Virus record (IMG/VR): IMGVR_UViG_3300012009_000091
Coordinates: 32,001 to 96,000 of that record
DNA from: a virus
Length of the DNA stretch: 64,000 nucleotides
Reading direction: 5' to 3' (one strand)
Part shown: in pieces, positions 27,819 to 38,435 of the stretch
How positions within the stretch are numbered: position 1 is the first letter of the stretch
Layout: every line of letters starts with the position of its first letter
Notes under the pieces: model-generated
What the model was told of the DNA's origin: nothing
Seen by the model: the letters and a program-made list of their open reading frames with translations, nothing else
Databases searched by the model: none
Made by a program: the position numbers and the translations under genes

Positions 27819-30800
27819 ATGAGCATGTCAGAGTGGAAACAGACCAAACTGTTCAGTCCAGACGCCTCGAGGTTCTTGCTCGAACTATCGAGCGGGACCT
27901 CATCTTACGTAAGGGAGGGGAGTCGATGGCTGGACAATTTAGCGGATTTAGCTGGTCCGCTTCGGGCCATCGTCGAAGCTCTCAATCTGGCCAGCCCCTC
28001 GATTGGTATACTGAATGCTGCTGCAGCAGCGATTCAGGCGCTGATCAATGATTTCTTAGAGTCCGGCGCCTACCTCATCATCCACCACAATTTCCAATCT
28101 GTACTCGATTACTTCGGGATTGCCAATGTACACGGAGATGCTGAGGCAGTTAGCAATCTCGATCCAGTGCCGACAGGTCTAGGGCCAGACGCCTCCTGGG
28201 GCGATCAATGGTTGACAGTAGACGAGCTCGACTTTTTCGAGGGGACACATTTCCAAGATGTTCAAGGATTTGAAGAGTGGGTTCGAGACATTCTCAATGC
28301 GTTCCATGATCCGCTGGATCCACGTCGACCTCGTATTGACGCTGACGGACAGATCGGTGGGTTTTTGTTCTTGACCGGCGCTCCAGACCTTCTCTCGTTT
28401 GCGCCGCTCATTGAATCCGTTGCTACTTTGTTTGAGCTTAGAGAGATTCGTTTGTTGTGGGAAGGTCTCAAGAGATTAGAATCGATTGATCTCACTGATC
28501 TAGCTCGTTTGCGCTCTGCTGGTATGTTTTCTTTCGTGCAAGACAGTGCCTTTCAAGGACGAGGTCAAGCTCCTGATTTTATGAGTTTCAAAGTTGGGGA
28601 TTTGATTCCGCAGATCGGCTCAGTACTGGTTTCTTTTGATGCGCTAGCTGACATCCTCCAAGCATCCGATACTGTCGGTAATGTCGTGCAAGCTTTGCTT
28701 ACGATCATTGAACATAAGCTGCGACGACTCAGCGAAGCTGTTGAGAAAGTCGCAGGCCTTACGGATTGGCTTGGGCGTTTTTCTCAAGCGGCGAGTACGT
28801 GGAGTGTTCTTCCTTTGGAAGTCGAGAGTGGTGGAGTTTCCAATCTAGCCACGCGCATTCAACAGTCTATTAACCGGCCGCCATTCGGGGCAGGTTCCCT
28901 ATTGTTTGGCGGTGGGGTATTTGTCACGCGTCCGGAAATCTATGATCTTCTGGAAAGTCTCTTTGAATTCACTGAAGATCCTCGAGCACACACGACACTC
29001 AATCTTACGCCGTTTGATCGGTTGGCCGGTATGGATGTGTCTGAAGCAGTCATTCCGTCGGAAGATTGGGCAGCTTGGAGTGGGACTGAGTTGTCCATGA
29101 GTAGGATAGCTCGAGGTGTGTACAATCGTCAGGGGTTTCTGAACTCAACATCGCGAGGAGTTGCATTGACACCGACAGAAGGCCTATCTCCAGGTCTTCT
29201 CGGCGGTCTCGGTGGAGGAGAGGATGAAGCGGGTGCAGGAGGCGGTAGGCCCGGCATCGCACCTGGCGGGCGTGGAGACACTTTGAACCCCAGTAGTGGC
29301 GGTAGTGGTCGTCCAGGCGTCTCTCGACCTGGTAGCGAAGAAGGTGAATCTATCGGAGGGATCGGTTCTACTGTAGGAGGGATGACTCTCCAGCGCGCCT
29401 CTTGGGGCGCCCACAAAATCGAAGTCACTGATGTACGTATGGGTACAGAAGAAGGCCGAGCTGTGATTTCAGAAACGGGTCGACGAACCTACTTTGTGAA
29501 TCATGCAGCACATGATGTGCCTCGATCAGAACCTTTCGCATTGAGCGGGTCCGGGGTACTCCCTACAGGGCTTCTTTTGGAAGGAGCTGTTAATAACCAG
29601 TTCTGGGATTCTGATCGTTTGAGTCAGACTACGTTAGGATCTTCACTCATCTCGAGAGAGCTGGTTTTGAATGGAGCGCCAACAACGGATCTCAGTAGAT
29701 TCCGAGATGATGCAGGTCCAGTGGCTAAGTTGACTGCTGAACAGGAGATCGTCTCTTGGTTGTACACAGGGTTGACGGGTAGTGTAGATCATTCGGGGTG
29801 TGCTATCTCGAACGTCAACCAGTCTGATGGAAGTCCACTGATACTTGACTCGTCTTTCATTGGGAAGAGGGTGTATGGCCGGCAGCGAACGAATATTCTG
29901 GCAGTTGAGCGGTGGACCCCATTCATCACTAAGATCATTGATGTGGATCCGGCAACACGTACGATCTTTATTGCTCCATCGGTGTTTACCGAGCCTCTAG
30001 CGCTGAACATGATGATCGAAACGTTCAGCATTACGGAGCTGGATAGCGGGCCCTATTACACTTATGTGGAGCAGCTCATTGATTCCTTCGATACAGGTCT
30101 GGGTACGTTTTCTGTATTCGCTCGTGCAGAGAATGCCTATTCGTCTTGGAATACGGTTTGTCTGGGGTTGACTGGGGACCTTCTTGGGCCCGGGTATTTC
30201 GTTGAGCAAAGTTTGGAGCTGCCGTTACTGCGTACGCTGATCGAGCCTAGCAACGGATTTCAGATAGAAGATGGCGTATTGATCGCAGACCCCGGTTCGC
30301 CCGAAATCCCTGAAGGCTCTCTAGTTGAGCTCTATACCACTTCCGATCAGATCACGGTTTTCTATGTTGCGGAGGTTGAGGAAGATGCCACCAGTGTTCG
30401 CATCACTTTAGAGACGGCGGCAGGAGATCCACTTGAGTTTTTGGATCACACCATAGATTCTGTTCTGATTCGCGATGTGTCTGGTACTTATCAAGGATTC
30501 TTGCGAGCGTCGCTTGAATTGCCTGTTCGGCATACATCTCGTTGCGCCATCGTACCGCCACTGACTGATACACCTATGTTGACCCTGGCTCATCAACAGG
30601 TGCAGGACATTGAAGCAGGTGTGGTAGAGCTAGATGAGACGGTCACTTCTCTGACATATGATGCCGCTCTTGGTGGGGTATCATACCGACTAGAGTTGGG
30701 TGTTGGTCTGGAAGGACGCGCTGCAATTCGCCTATCCGCTTCTGCCCACGCTTTGTATGTTGGTCGTTTGATTCAGGTGGACTATCGGATGGATTTTCGC

Positions 30801-31412
30801 AGTGGATACGCTCGAATCTATCCCAACAAGTTTCAATATCCTGGAGTGATCTACGCTTGGAGAGCCCAGTGGGAGCAAGGGCCGCTTTCAAGTCCCGTAC
30901 CCACAGCTCCCTCCAGCTCTAGACGAAGAGAGCCAGATAAGCTGTTTGCCGAGGGAGGCGTATTTCGGATCCCCGTTGATGCGGAAGCTCAAGTCACTGC
31001 GGTGTACTCTCCTACGAATCGACAGCCGGATGTGTTAATCGACGGCCTCCGTCGGATTCTTTTTTATGGAACATCACATTTTGTGGTCTCTCTCGTGGGG
31101 AATGCGACTGACTGTTCACTACGAGTGAGTGTCGGCAGTGTCGACTTTGATTCCACTGGATTCACTTTCGCCGCTGAGGATCAGATTGAACTGGTCGTTG
31201 GTGTGACTTATGGCCTGGCTGATGTAAAGTATAAAGTGACGATCAACGACTCGGTCGAGATCGACGAGACGAAAAACTTCGCGGTTTCTGTACCGTACAT
31301 TGACGACTTGGTGACTCCTGGTGCTAGAATATATGTCGGATCAGATCCAAATGGGGGGCACTCATGTCTCGGTCGGATCATCAATCTGAAAGTAGAGGAT
31401 GAAATCACATGA
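27819..31412 (+). CDS. Large tail/baseplate protein: helical N-terminus, Gly-rich linker, beta-rich LamG-like C-terminus
   Basis: GLLLEGAVNN motif and terminal IYVGSDPNGGHSCLGRIINLKV; function inferred. Confidence 0.55.
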   Translation: MSMSEWKQTKLFSPDASRFLLELSSGTSSYVREGSRWLDNLADLAGPLRAIVEALNLASPSIGILNAAAAAIQALINDFLESGAYLIIHHNFQSVLDYFGIANVHGDAEAVSNLDPVPTGLGPDASWGDQWLTVDELDFFEGTHFQDVQGFEEWVRDILNAFHDPLDPRRPRIDADGQIGGFLFLTGAPDLLSFAPLIESVATLFELREIRLLWEGLKRLESIDLTDLARLRSAGMFSFVQDSAFQGRGQAPDFMSFKVGDLIPQIGSVLVSFDALADILQASDTVGNVVQALLTIIEHKLRRLSEAVEKVAGLTDWLGRFSQAASTWSVLPLEVESGGVSNLATRIQQSINRPPFGAGSLLFGGGVFVTRPEIYDLLESLFEFTEDPRAHTTLNLTPFDRLAGMDVSEAVIPSEDWAAWSGTELSMSRIARGVYNRQGFLNSTSRGVALTPTEGLSPGLLGGLGGGEDEAGAGGGRPGIAPGGRGDTLNPSSGGSGRPGVSRPGSEEGESIGGIGSTVGGMTLQRASWGAHKIEVTDVRMGTEEGRAVISETGRRTYFVNHAAHDVPRSEPFALSGSGVLPTGLLLEGAVNNQFWDSDRLSQTTLGSSLISRELVLNGAPTTDLSRFRDDAGPVAKLTAEQEIVSWLYTGLTGSVDHSGCAISNVNQSDGSPLILDSSFIGKRVYGRQRTNILAVERWTPFITKIIDVDPATRTIFIAPSVFTEPLALNMMIETFSITELDSGPYYTYVEQLIDSFDTGLGTFSVFARAENAYSSWNTVCLGLTGDLLGPGYFVEQSLELPLLRTLIEPSNGFQIEDGVLIADPGSPEIPEGSLVELYTTSDQITVFYVAEVEEDATSVRITLETAAGDPLEFLDHTIDSVLIRDVSGTYQGFLRASLELPVRHTSRCAIVPPLTDTPMLTLAHQQVQDIEAGVVELDETVTSLTYDAALGGVSYRLELGVGLEGRAAIRLSASAHALYVGRLIQVDYRMDFRSGYARIYPNKFQYPGVIYAWRAQWEQGPLSSPVPTAPSSSRRREPDKLFAEGGVFRIPVDAEAQVTAVYSPTNRQPDVLIDGLRRILFYGTSHFVVSLVGNATDCSLRVSVGSVDFDSTGFTFAAEDQIELVVGVTYGLADVKYKVTINDSVEIDETKNFAVSVPYIDDLVTPGARIYVGSDPNGGHSCLGRIINLKVEDEIT

Positions 31413-33316
31413 TCACCAGCTTGTTCACCCAGCCTGAGAAACTAGCCGCCGGAGCGTCGAGCTCCATCAAGACTCGAGTGGAAGGGCCGCCGGAGACCTG
31501 GGCCGAACAGGCTATGTCAGATCTCTACGAGGAGCACCCGTACGTCGCGGAGTATCAACCAACCATTGATGTGGTACGCATGGATCCGGACCGCGGATAC
31601 ATGGTGGCGTTCATCAGCATTGAAGGGAACAACAAGAAAATCAATATTCCTGTAATCGTACAGGACCATGAGTTGCTTCCCTACGCCACGTTTGCGTCCG
31701 GCGATCAGATCTTTCCTCTTACGGAGGATCGTTTGGCGTCGGAGTTGCTAGATTATGTAGCGGAGCGAGGGGTCGACATGACTGACCGGGAACTGGAACA
31801 GATGCTCCAGTTTCAAGAGCTCGAGCCGCCGGATAGCACAACTTGGGGTGGGAATCGGACTGTTCTTAGCAAACTCAGCTGGGCGCATATGGACGACTTT
31901 CATGACTTCATGGAGAAGTCCAACAGCGCTGTCTATTCGACGGTGAGAGAGCGTGTTCAGCAGCTTGAGAAGAAAGCGAAACCTCTGTCAAACGGCATCA
32001 CTGCATCGGATTGGGATCCTGTGCACGATACCATGCTCATCGAAACCAGTCCGAAGTCTACGCAGAGATATCGTATCACGTCAACCTCCTCGCAGTTTCT
32101 CAAGTCTGCACATGTTCAAGAGGTGACTCGATCCAAGGCAGCGCAGGTTCTCCCTCCTGAAGTGCTGCAGAAGGCGGGGCAGGTAGGGTATGCCGTGATC
32201 GGCGGGCCTCCGGTCAAACTAGCGATGGAGACGCTTACTGAGGCGGAACAAGTTGATCGCGCAGGTATTTGGAGCGTGAAGACAGATACGGGAATGTCAT
32301 TGACGGGATCCGTGATTCCTCATGTAGTGGATTTCAACGGGCAACTGCTACCGTTGGCCTTGTTCTACAACGGCGCTGTTGCCGCCGTACAGGATCAGAT
32401 TGCGGGGGTGTGCATCTCCGAACTCCGTCTACCACCGACGGAATTGAAGTCACACGGGGAGAGTGCCTTTCTCTTTCGACATCCTAGTGGGGGAATCCGA
32501 GCGACTCTCTCTTTTGTGGTCAACAGTGAAATTCCGACTGAGTTCGGGCCTGCACTCGTCGTTGAGACTTATCTGGGGGATGTAGTGCGGTTGGTGCGGG
32601 ATACGTGTGATTCGCTGGCGCAGGTAGATCCGCAGACGTATTTGATACCTGCCAAGTATAGTCTGGTGAACCTTGGCCATCCCAAAAACCGGGTTTCTCT
32701 TGTGGAGATGCCGGAGGATTACGATGCTTTTCACAAGATGGGCCAACAGAAAGCATTGGAAATTATCGGCAACGGCACGTACGATGTGAAAGGAGGAGAT
32801 GTCGCTCTCCACGACTTGGATGAACGTCAAGCGGAGTTCAACTTGACTGCTTTGGGAGCCCCCGACCCGCCACGCCTACTCAAGGCTGCCAATGTCCTCG
32901 GTTCAGTTCGTCTATACGGCACGCCCCCGGTCGATGGGAGTCAGCAGGTGATGGAAAAGGTCGGGATGATGGAGAAACATGCACGCAAGGTGTGTGATAG
33001 TTGGCGGCCTGACTCGAGTGACCTCATCAATGCTGCCGCTTGGATGCTGGCTGAACCTTCTATGGAGAAGATCGGTAATATTCCGGTCGATACTGTAGAC
33101 AACGTCCTTTCCCTTGGGTTCATTCGACCAGAAAACACTAAGACCTATGTGGATTCTCTAGGAGATCTTGAGGACACTGTGGCCAAGCTTGCGTCTCTCG
33201 TGTTGGCTAGTCAACTCGGCTACTCAGAGATTCCAACTGAAGACGCTATCAATGCGATGGAGGGCATGGAGCGCGTGGTCAAGGGACTGCGGAAGTTGAA
33301 AGCGGAAGTTGGGTAA
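31409..33316 (+). CDS. Probable head/core protein with many Kx(A/G/S) motifs
   Basis: EKLAA, EKKAK, LKSAH, VKLAM, HKMGQ, LKAAN, EKVGM, EKHAR, EKIGN, AKLAS. Confidence 0.6.
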   Translation: MITSLFTQPEKLAAGASSSIKTRVEGPPETWAEQAMSDLYEEHPYVAEYQPTIDVVRMDPDRGYMVAFISIEGNNKKINIPVIVQDHELLPYATFASGDQIFPLTEDRLASELLDYVAERGVDMTDRELEQMLQFQELEPPDSTTWGGNRTVLSKLSWAHMDDFHDFMEKSNSAVYSTVRERVQQLEKKAKPLSNGITASDWDPVHDTMLIETSPKSTQRYRITSTSSQFLKSAHVQEVTRSKAAQVLPPEVLQKAGQVGYAVIGGPPVKLAMETLTEAEQVDRAGIWSVKTDTGMSLTGSVIPHVVDFNGQLLPLALFYNGAVAAVQDQIAGVCISELRLPPTELKSHGESAFLFRHPSGGIRATLSFVVNSEIPTEFGPALVVETYLGDVVRLVRDTCDSLAQVDPQTYLIPAKYSLVNLGHPKNRVSLVEMPEDYDAFHKMGQQKALEIIGNGTYDVKGGDVALHDLDERQAEFNLTALGAPDPPRLLKAANVLGSVRLYGTPPVDGSQQVMEKVGMMEKHARKVCDSWRPDSSDLINAAAWMLAEPSMEKIGNIPVDTVDNVLSLGFIRPENTKTYVDSLGDLEDTVAKLASLVLASQLGYSEIPTEDAINAMEGMERVVKGLRKLKAEVG

Positions 33317-34155
33317 TGGAGCGAGCCCCCTACGAGCTCTACCTCTCTTTGATGTTGATCCGCAATTACTCGGATGAACAGATTGATGAGGAGCTCCGTT
33401 TGTTGGACTATCTTCTGCCCGACCCAGAGTTGGTCGATTTCCTTCGAGAGGACACGCCAGTTGTTCGACGACGTTTGTTCCGTGCAACCAAGGAACTGCA
33501 AAAATGGGCCGATGATCGGTTCCTAGATCGCGCACTGCTCAACGTTAACTCGAAGCGGGTCTTGAGCGCCCGAAAGATTTGTTTTCATTCTCGCATTCGA
33601 CATGCACTTGAGCTTTGTCTTCTTCGACCTGATATGCCGTGGGAGACTATCGTCGATCAACTCGACGAGATCGGCAATGTTATCGGGCTCACAGAACAGA
33701 TGGTTCAGGATTACCACCAGCTGTTTTGGTCTTTTGATCACATGTCTCTCCCAGCCAAGCGCGCGTATTTAGAGAGTGCAGGTGCGACTGAAGGGGCAAT
33801 GACCGCTATGGGAGGCCATCCTCGAGTAGGGGTGGCGTTGGATCTAGGGATCCATGTCGGTTTGTCGGATGTAGAACGTCTGTCGTTCATGCGTGATGTG
33901 GCTTTCACTCGGTTTGCTCGAGACGCGAGTATAGGTGTTTTGGCTGCAAAGGAAGCTAAAGACTGGTCGTATATCGTAAAGGATATGATGAGCGAGATCA
34001 GGCGGGTGCAACCTCCTACCGAGAAGACCACGGTTGAGTTGGATGCGGGGGTCATTGACCATATTCCTCACATCGATTATCTACAACAAGAAGACGATGA
34101 GTCTTCGGAGGACCACAATGCCAATGCCGACCTCATCCCGTTCCGACAGCGGTAA
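33316..34155 (+). CDS. Hypothetical protein (small terminase candidate by position only)
   Basis: TAATG coupling; helical; about 1.3 kb upstream of terL. Confidence 0.5.
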   Translation: MERAPYELYLSLMLIRNYSDEQIDEELRLLDYLLPDPELVDFLREDTPVVRRRLFRATKELQKWADDRFLDRALLNVNSKRVLSARKICFHSRIRHALELCLLRPDMPWETIVDQLDEIGNVIGLTEQMVQDYHQLFWSFDHMSLPAKRAYLESAGATEGAMTAMGGHPRVGVALDLGIHVGLSDVERLSFMRDVAFTRFARDASIGVLAAKEAKDWSYIVKDMMSEIRRVQPPTEKTTVELDAGVIDHIPHIDYLQQEDDESSEDHNANADLIPFRQR

Positions 34156-34678
34156 GCGTGTCAAGTACGAGTACCGATCTAAGCGTGAACGCGAAGTACT
34201 TCAAGATTCTGAGAATGTCGGGCACCGGCCCACGGCAGTTCCATTTCGTGTATACGAGAAGCAATTCTACGACGTAGAGGTAGTTTTCAAGGCGAACGGT
34301 GATGTAGATTACCATTTCTTTCCGCTTAAAGGGAGATTCGACTTCCCGTTCAGCTTTCGTATTATCGGCCTTTTAATTGAGGATGCGGCAGTTTGGTCTG
34401 TTGGTCCCAGCGTTCAAACAGAGGCGGACTATTTTGACCGGGAGATAGCACAATGGTTCATGCGCGCCGGTGAAGATCCCTCTCGGTCATTAGGGCAGCC
34501 TACCTTCTTTGTCCGCTTTCAAAAAGTCGGACATCGCATGGGTGCTGAGGAGATTCTCATAGATCGTTTCTTGGGACGGCTGGACATGCTACTGAAAGAA
34601 GTGTCGTCAATGTCCATTCGTGGGATTCCAAGCAGTCAGATCTACCAAGACATTCGTGTCAATCGCCGTCGTTCATAA
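34118..34678 (+). CDS. Hypothetical protein
   Basis: GGAGG then ATG 34118. Confidence 0.6.
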   Translation: MPMPTSSRSDSGKRVKYEYRSKREREVLQDSENVGHRPTAVPFRVYEKQFYDVEVVFKANGDVDYHFFPLKGRFDFPFSFRIIGLLIEDAAVWSVGPSVQTEADYFDREIAQWFMRAGEDPSRSLGQPTFFVRFQKVGHRMGAEEILIDRFLGRLDMLLKEVSSMSIRGIPSSQIYQDIRVNRRRS

Positions 34679-35021
34679 TTCGCCCTTTCCTTTTCATTCG
34701 TCGTAAGGTTAAGTGGGTCGTTCCGACTATGTCTGCCGTGATGATATAGCGCCAGCGAGTACCCACTCGATGTCTTTTCGCTCGAACATGTCTGGTCTCA
34801 TGATCTGGTATTGATAGTGCTTGCACCAGCTCTTTGAGAGATTGAGTCAGCTCTTTAGACAGTGCCGTGACGCGAGCTAAGAGAAAAGTCGGATCGCCCA
34901 ACTTTTCTCCCTCTTTGAGAACTACTTCGGCTGATTCGACCATCAGCTCGAGATCCTTTTGGAGGTTTTTAGCCACTAAGCGCGTATTCAGCAATTTCCC
35001 GAGCGGTGAGTTCTTGTCCAT
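34659..35021 (-). CDS. Hypothetical protein
   Basis: Second gene of a small antisense unit. Confidence 0.55.
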   Translation of the reverse strand: MDKNSPLGKLLNTRLVAKNLQKDLELMVESAEVVLKEGEKLGDPTFLLARVTALSKELTQSLKELVQALSIPDHETRHVRAKRHRVGTRWRYIITADIVGTTHLTLRRMKRKGRIMNDGD

Positions 35022-35385
35022 GCGGACACAGTATACATCGTTCGTACTGTGAGCACACGAACCCTCTCTTGACTGCCTCGTTCAAACAGACCCGATGACT
35101 CACTGTGGCGATCAGCAGATCCTGAACAGCCCATCGTTGCTCTGTATTGAGTTGCCGAAGAGCTTGTCGATCGATGTTGTGCGCTTGCAGAAGCTCGGCC
35201 ACGTCATCCGCATCGACCGTTCGTATCAGTTTTCGTAGAAGGTCTACATCCCGTAATTCGGCTAGTTTCACTTCCAAGTCCTCAGTGGTTCGGTGTTGAT
35301 ACTGATTCAACACACTTCCGCATCGACAGTCCGAAAAGAATCGCGTCTCTGTCCGTTTTTCTATGATCGTCTGTATAGTACGCAT
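34969..35385 (-). CDS. Cys-rich hypothetical protein
   Basis: GGAGG before MRTIQTII at 35385; CRC and CxxxxxCxxC motifs. Confidence 0.65.
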   Translation of the reverse strand: MRTIQTIIEKRTETRFFSDCRCGSVLNQYQHRTTEDLEVKLAELRDVDLLRKLIRTVDADDVAELLQAHNIDRQALRQLNTEQRWAVQDLLIATVSHRVCLNEAVKRGFVCSQYERCILCPHGQELTAREIAEYALSG

Positions 35386-35409
35386 TACTGTCCTCCATGT
35401 GATATGGTT

Positions 35410-35416
35410 CTTATAC
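35410..35416 (-). promoter_or_regulatory. GTATAAG motif
   Basis: 25 nt upstream of ATG 35385; CTCCGTATAAG is shared with the 14251 site. Confidence 0.7.
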
Positions 35417-35425
35417 GGAGGCGTC

Positions 35426-37078
35426 ATGTTGCATATCGAACGTCCGCGTGAACGAGCAGAGTTGAGTGAAAATCGAGCCGTCAGGATATCGACGGCCAAT
35501 TGGATTGACGGGAATTTGCGGGTCAGCGGTAAAGCGCTCAATTTACGTTGGCGACCGTGGTGGAGACTGCCCTACAACTTGGAGCATCATCGATTCCCAG
35601 ATGGTATGTATCGACGTGCATCGGTCATTGTCGCCGGACGACAGGTTGAGAAGTCTACTGCGTTAGCCAATAAACTTTTGAGCGAGAGTCAGGTGCCGTG
35701 GACTAGTTCGCTTTACGTAGCCCCGTCTGCAGCACAGCTCTCTGAATTTAGCTTTCGTCGAATCGATGAAGTGGTCGACACCTCGCCCGCCATTTCGGAG
35801 ACTAAAGATTATGACGCCTGGAGCGTCAGTCGTAAGGGTTTCCTCAATCATTCGAATATTACCTTACGTGCTGCTTTTCGTTCTCCAGATCGAGTCCGAG
35901 GTATTCCTGCTGATGTTCTTGTTCTAGATGAGTCTCAGGATCTTCTGCTCGAAAACATCCCCATCATTCGAGAGACACAAGCGCATTGCATTCGACCGGA
36001 AGGTCCCATCTATCAGATGTTGGGCACTCCAAAGTCCTATGACAATCCATTGGAATATTTCTGGTCTATGACATCCACTCAAGACGAGTGGTGCATCCGG
36101 TGTGAGAGATGTCGAACGTGGGTAGAAGGCATCAGTGAGGATAACATCGGAAAGTCAGGCATTGTCTGCGCGAAATGTGGAAAGTACTTGAACCCATTCG
36201 CCGGCTTGTGGATGCGCACAGGTCCAGAGGATGCCCCTTTGGAGGGGTTTCGGATTCCGCAGTTGCTGCTGCCCTACAGCTATGCCTATGACCCGCGCAT
36301 CTTCTATCGGATATGGAGAGAGATTCTCAACAAGTGGAAGTTGTATCCTCGAGCACAATTTTACAACGAAGTGTTGGGCATTTCGTATGATAGCGGAGAC
36401 AAGCCGATCACTCGAGACGACTTGAAAACTTGTTGTGTCGGAAATCGGATGATACCTCTTCATCTTCCTACCACTGTGTTGGATGCTCGAATCGCCAACG
36501 GTCTGGTATTTTGTGGAGTGGACTGGGGGACAGGGGGCGCGTCTAAGACGGTTTTTTCTGCATGTCATTATCGAGGCGATGTGTTCAACGTCTTCTACAT
36601 GAAGAAATTCGAGGGTCCGGAATCAGACCCTGAATACATCGTGCCGGCAATCTTACAGTTGTTAGAGAGAGTCAAGGCCGATCTGGTGGGGGTAGATTGG
36701 GGTTTTGGATTTGGTCTCAATAGTAGAATTCGGCAGGGCTTTGGAGCGGATCGGACGTTTGAATTTAGCCACTCTCAAATGCAACGCGAAAAGATCAAGT
36801 ACGACTCGTCCGCTAACGTGTTCGTGACGAACCGTACTGCAGTGATGTCTGATTTGTTTCGGCTTATGAAACAAAGGGGTTTTAGCTTGGACGTGTCTTG
36901 GCCTGAGCTAAGAGATTCGGGGTTTTCGCAGGACTTCCTTTGTAACCATCGAGAGGCGACCCGGGTGGGCAAGATGTTATTCAATCACCCACCCGGGACC
37001 GCTGATGACGCGTTACATAGTGTGCTATTTGCGTTTCTCACTTCATTATCGAGATATCCTCGACCTGACTTGAATTAG
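35426..37078 (+). CDS. terL: Terminase large subunit (GpA-like)
   Basis: AGRQVEKST, LYVAPS, RVRGIPADVLVLDESQD, GTPK, CERC/CAKC, GVDWG, DDALHS; GGAGG before ATG 35426. Confidence 0.9.
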   Translation: MLHIERPRERAELSENRAVRISTANWIDGNLRVSGKALNLRWRPWWRLPYNLEHHRFPDGMYRRASVIVAGRQVEKSTALANKLLSESQVPWTSSLYVAPSAAQLSEFSFRRIDEVVDTSPAISETKDYDAWSVSRKGFLNHSNITLRAAFRSPDRVRGIPADVLVLDESQDLLLENIPIIRETQAHCIRPEGPIYQMLGTPKSYDNPLEYFWSMTSTQDEWCIRCERCRTWVEGISEDNIGKSGIVCAKCGKYLNPFAGLWMRTGPEDAPLEGFRIPQLLLPYSYAYDPRIFYRIWREILNKWKLYPRAQFYNEVLGISYDSGDKPITRDDLKTCCVGNRMIPLHLPTTVLDARIANGLVFCGVDWGTGGASKTVFSACHYRGDVFNVFYMKKFEGPESDPEYIVPAILQLLERVKADLVGVDWGFGFGLNSRIRQGFGADRTFEFSHSQMQREKIKYDSSANVFVTNRTAVMSDLFRLMKQRGFSLDVSWPELRDSGFSQDFLCNHREATRVGKMLFNHPPGTADDALHSVLFAFLTSLSRYPRPDLN

Positions 37079-37710
37079 GCGGGGTTGGCTATAGAGGGGG
37101 TTGATAGTTGAGGGTGGAATTGAGGGTAGACGTTAGTGTATGGGTTATGGAGCCGTGTAGCGATTTGCCCGAGCTTGAAGCAAGCGAAAACGCCTAATCC
37201 GATTTTGATGGCGTCCAGAACCCACCCTATATAGGTTGTTCCTTGTCTCGCTTGCACTGCGTCGAGTAGGTGCTCTTCTAGCATGGCGTTGATTTGTTTG
37301 CTTTGTCGCGTTGCCTCTTCAAATGCTTCCGTTGACGCCTCCATTTCTTCTCTCAATGTATCGAGTCCTGCCAATGTGCTGGCCAGGAGTCTTCGATTCT
37401 CTCGTTCGGCTGTGCGTACCCCCTCTTGATCCTTCTGCATCGCGGATATCATCTCACGATGTAGTTCCAGTATGGAGTTGAGATCCATTCCTGCTTCCTC
37501 CGTTTTCTTCTTTTTTGTGTCGCGTTTTAGTTTGGATCGGACTGCATCAACAGCTGCTCCGGATGCACCGGCTAATCGTTCGGCGGCAGATGGCTCTTTC
37601 TCCTTCTTCTGCTTCTTTTTCTCCTTCTCCTGTTTCTTTTCTTCCTCGGAATCTTTGTACGGTGCGAGTTCAGTCGAAGTTCCATAATCCTCTGGCAAAT
37701 TTCCAGGCAT
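37075..37710 (-). CDS. Coiled-coil protein with a C-terminal hydrophobic segment
   Basis: GGAGG RBS; IGWVLDAIKIGLGVFACF segment. Confidence 0.65.
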   Translation of the reverse strand: MPGNLPEDYGTSTELAPYKDSEEEKKQEKEKKKQKKEKEPSAAERLAGASGAAVDAVRSKLKRDTKKKKTEEAGMDLNSILELHREMISAMQKDQEGVRTAERENRRLLASTLAGLDTLREEMEASTEAFEEATRQSKQINAMLEEHLLDAVQARQGTTYIGWVLDAIKIGLGVFACFKLGQIATRLHNPYTNVYPQFHPQLSTPSIANPA

Positions 37711-37736
37711 ACACCCTCCGTAGTATGATGTGTTGT

Positions 37737-37743
37737 CTTATAC
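37737..37743 (-). promoter_or_regulatory. GTATAAG motif
   Basis: 27 nt upstream of ATG 37710. Confidence 0.7.
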
Positions 37744-37745
37744 GG

Positions 37746-38435
37746 CTAAGCGGCTTGGGAGGCGAGGATGAGGCCGTCGATAGGTGAGAGGCGGTGGGGG
37801 ATATGGAATTGACATTTCACAAGGGGATAGCTGGGTTCAAAGGCTTCTAGCAAGTACCGGAGGTGTCGGACAGCTAGGAGGACACGAGTCTTCTCTTTTT
37901 TGGTCGATAAGTATGGAAGTAACCGGTGTCCGAGCTTCATCAACCAAATAGGTAATTCTCGAAGTTCGGGATTCTTAAGACAATATTGGACGACCCCTGC
38001 ATTGAAATGTTCCATCGCCAGAATCCAGCGCGCTTTTTCCTCATCGTTGATCGAATCTGGAGTCAGGTTCCTTCGAATCGCTTCTTCCATCAATGATAGA
38101 AGGCGCGTCTTGCTGATTCCATGGCCTCGCAAACTGATCCCCGAGATATGTTCGAGCACCTCTAGTCTTTCGTGAATACTGGATAGCTCGCGCAGATAAG
38201 TCGAATCGAACCCGCGATAGATTGCTTCTGCTTCTTCTTCGCGAGGATCAACTGGTCCAGACGTCGTTCCCATGAGGCGTTCTACATCTAGTCGATCGAT
38301 GAGAACTCGATTCTTTTGTTTCTTTGTTCGTAGGTGTTTTCTGCGGATGTGATAATCGATAGCGCGCACTCCCAAATCGAGTAGATCTGCGGCTTCTTGT
38401 CTAGTAACGAATCTATGTCTCTGGCTAGTTGACAT
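37746..38435 (-). CDS. Excisionase/MerR-type HTH DNA-binding protein
   Basis: VTRQEAADLLDLGVRAIDYHIRRKHL...VLIDRLDVERL; AGGAG before ATG 38435. Confidence 0.75.
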   Translation of the reverse strand: MSTSQRHRFVTRQEAADLLDLGVRAIDYHIRRKHLRTKKQKNRVLIDRLDVERLMGTTSGPVDPREEEAEAIYRGFDSTYLRELSSIHERLEVLEHISGISLRGHGISKTRLLSLMEEAIRRNLTPDSINDEEKARWILAMEHFNAGVVQYCLKNPELRELPIWLMKLGHRLLPYLSTKKEKTRVLLAVRHLRYLLEAFEPSYPLVKCQFHIPHRLSPIDGLILASQAA

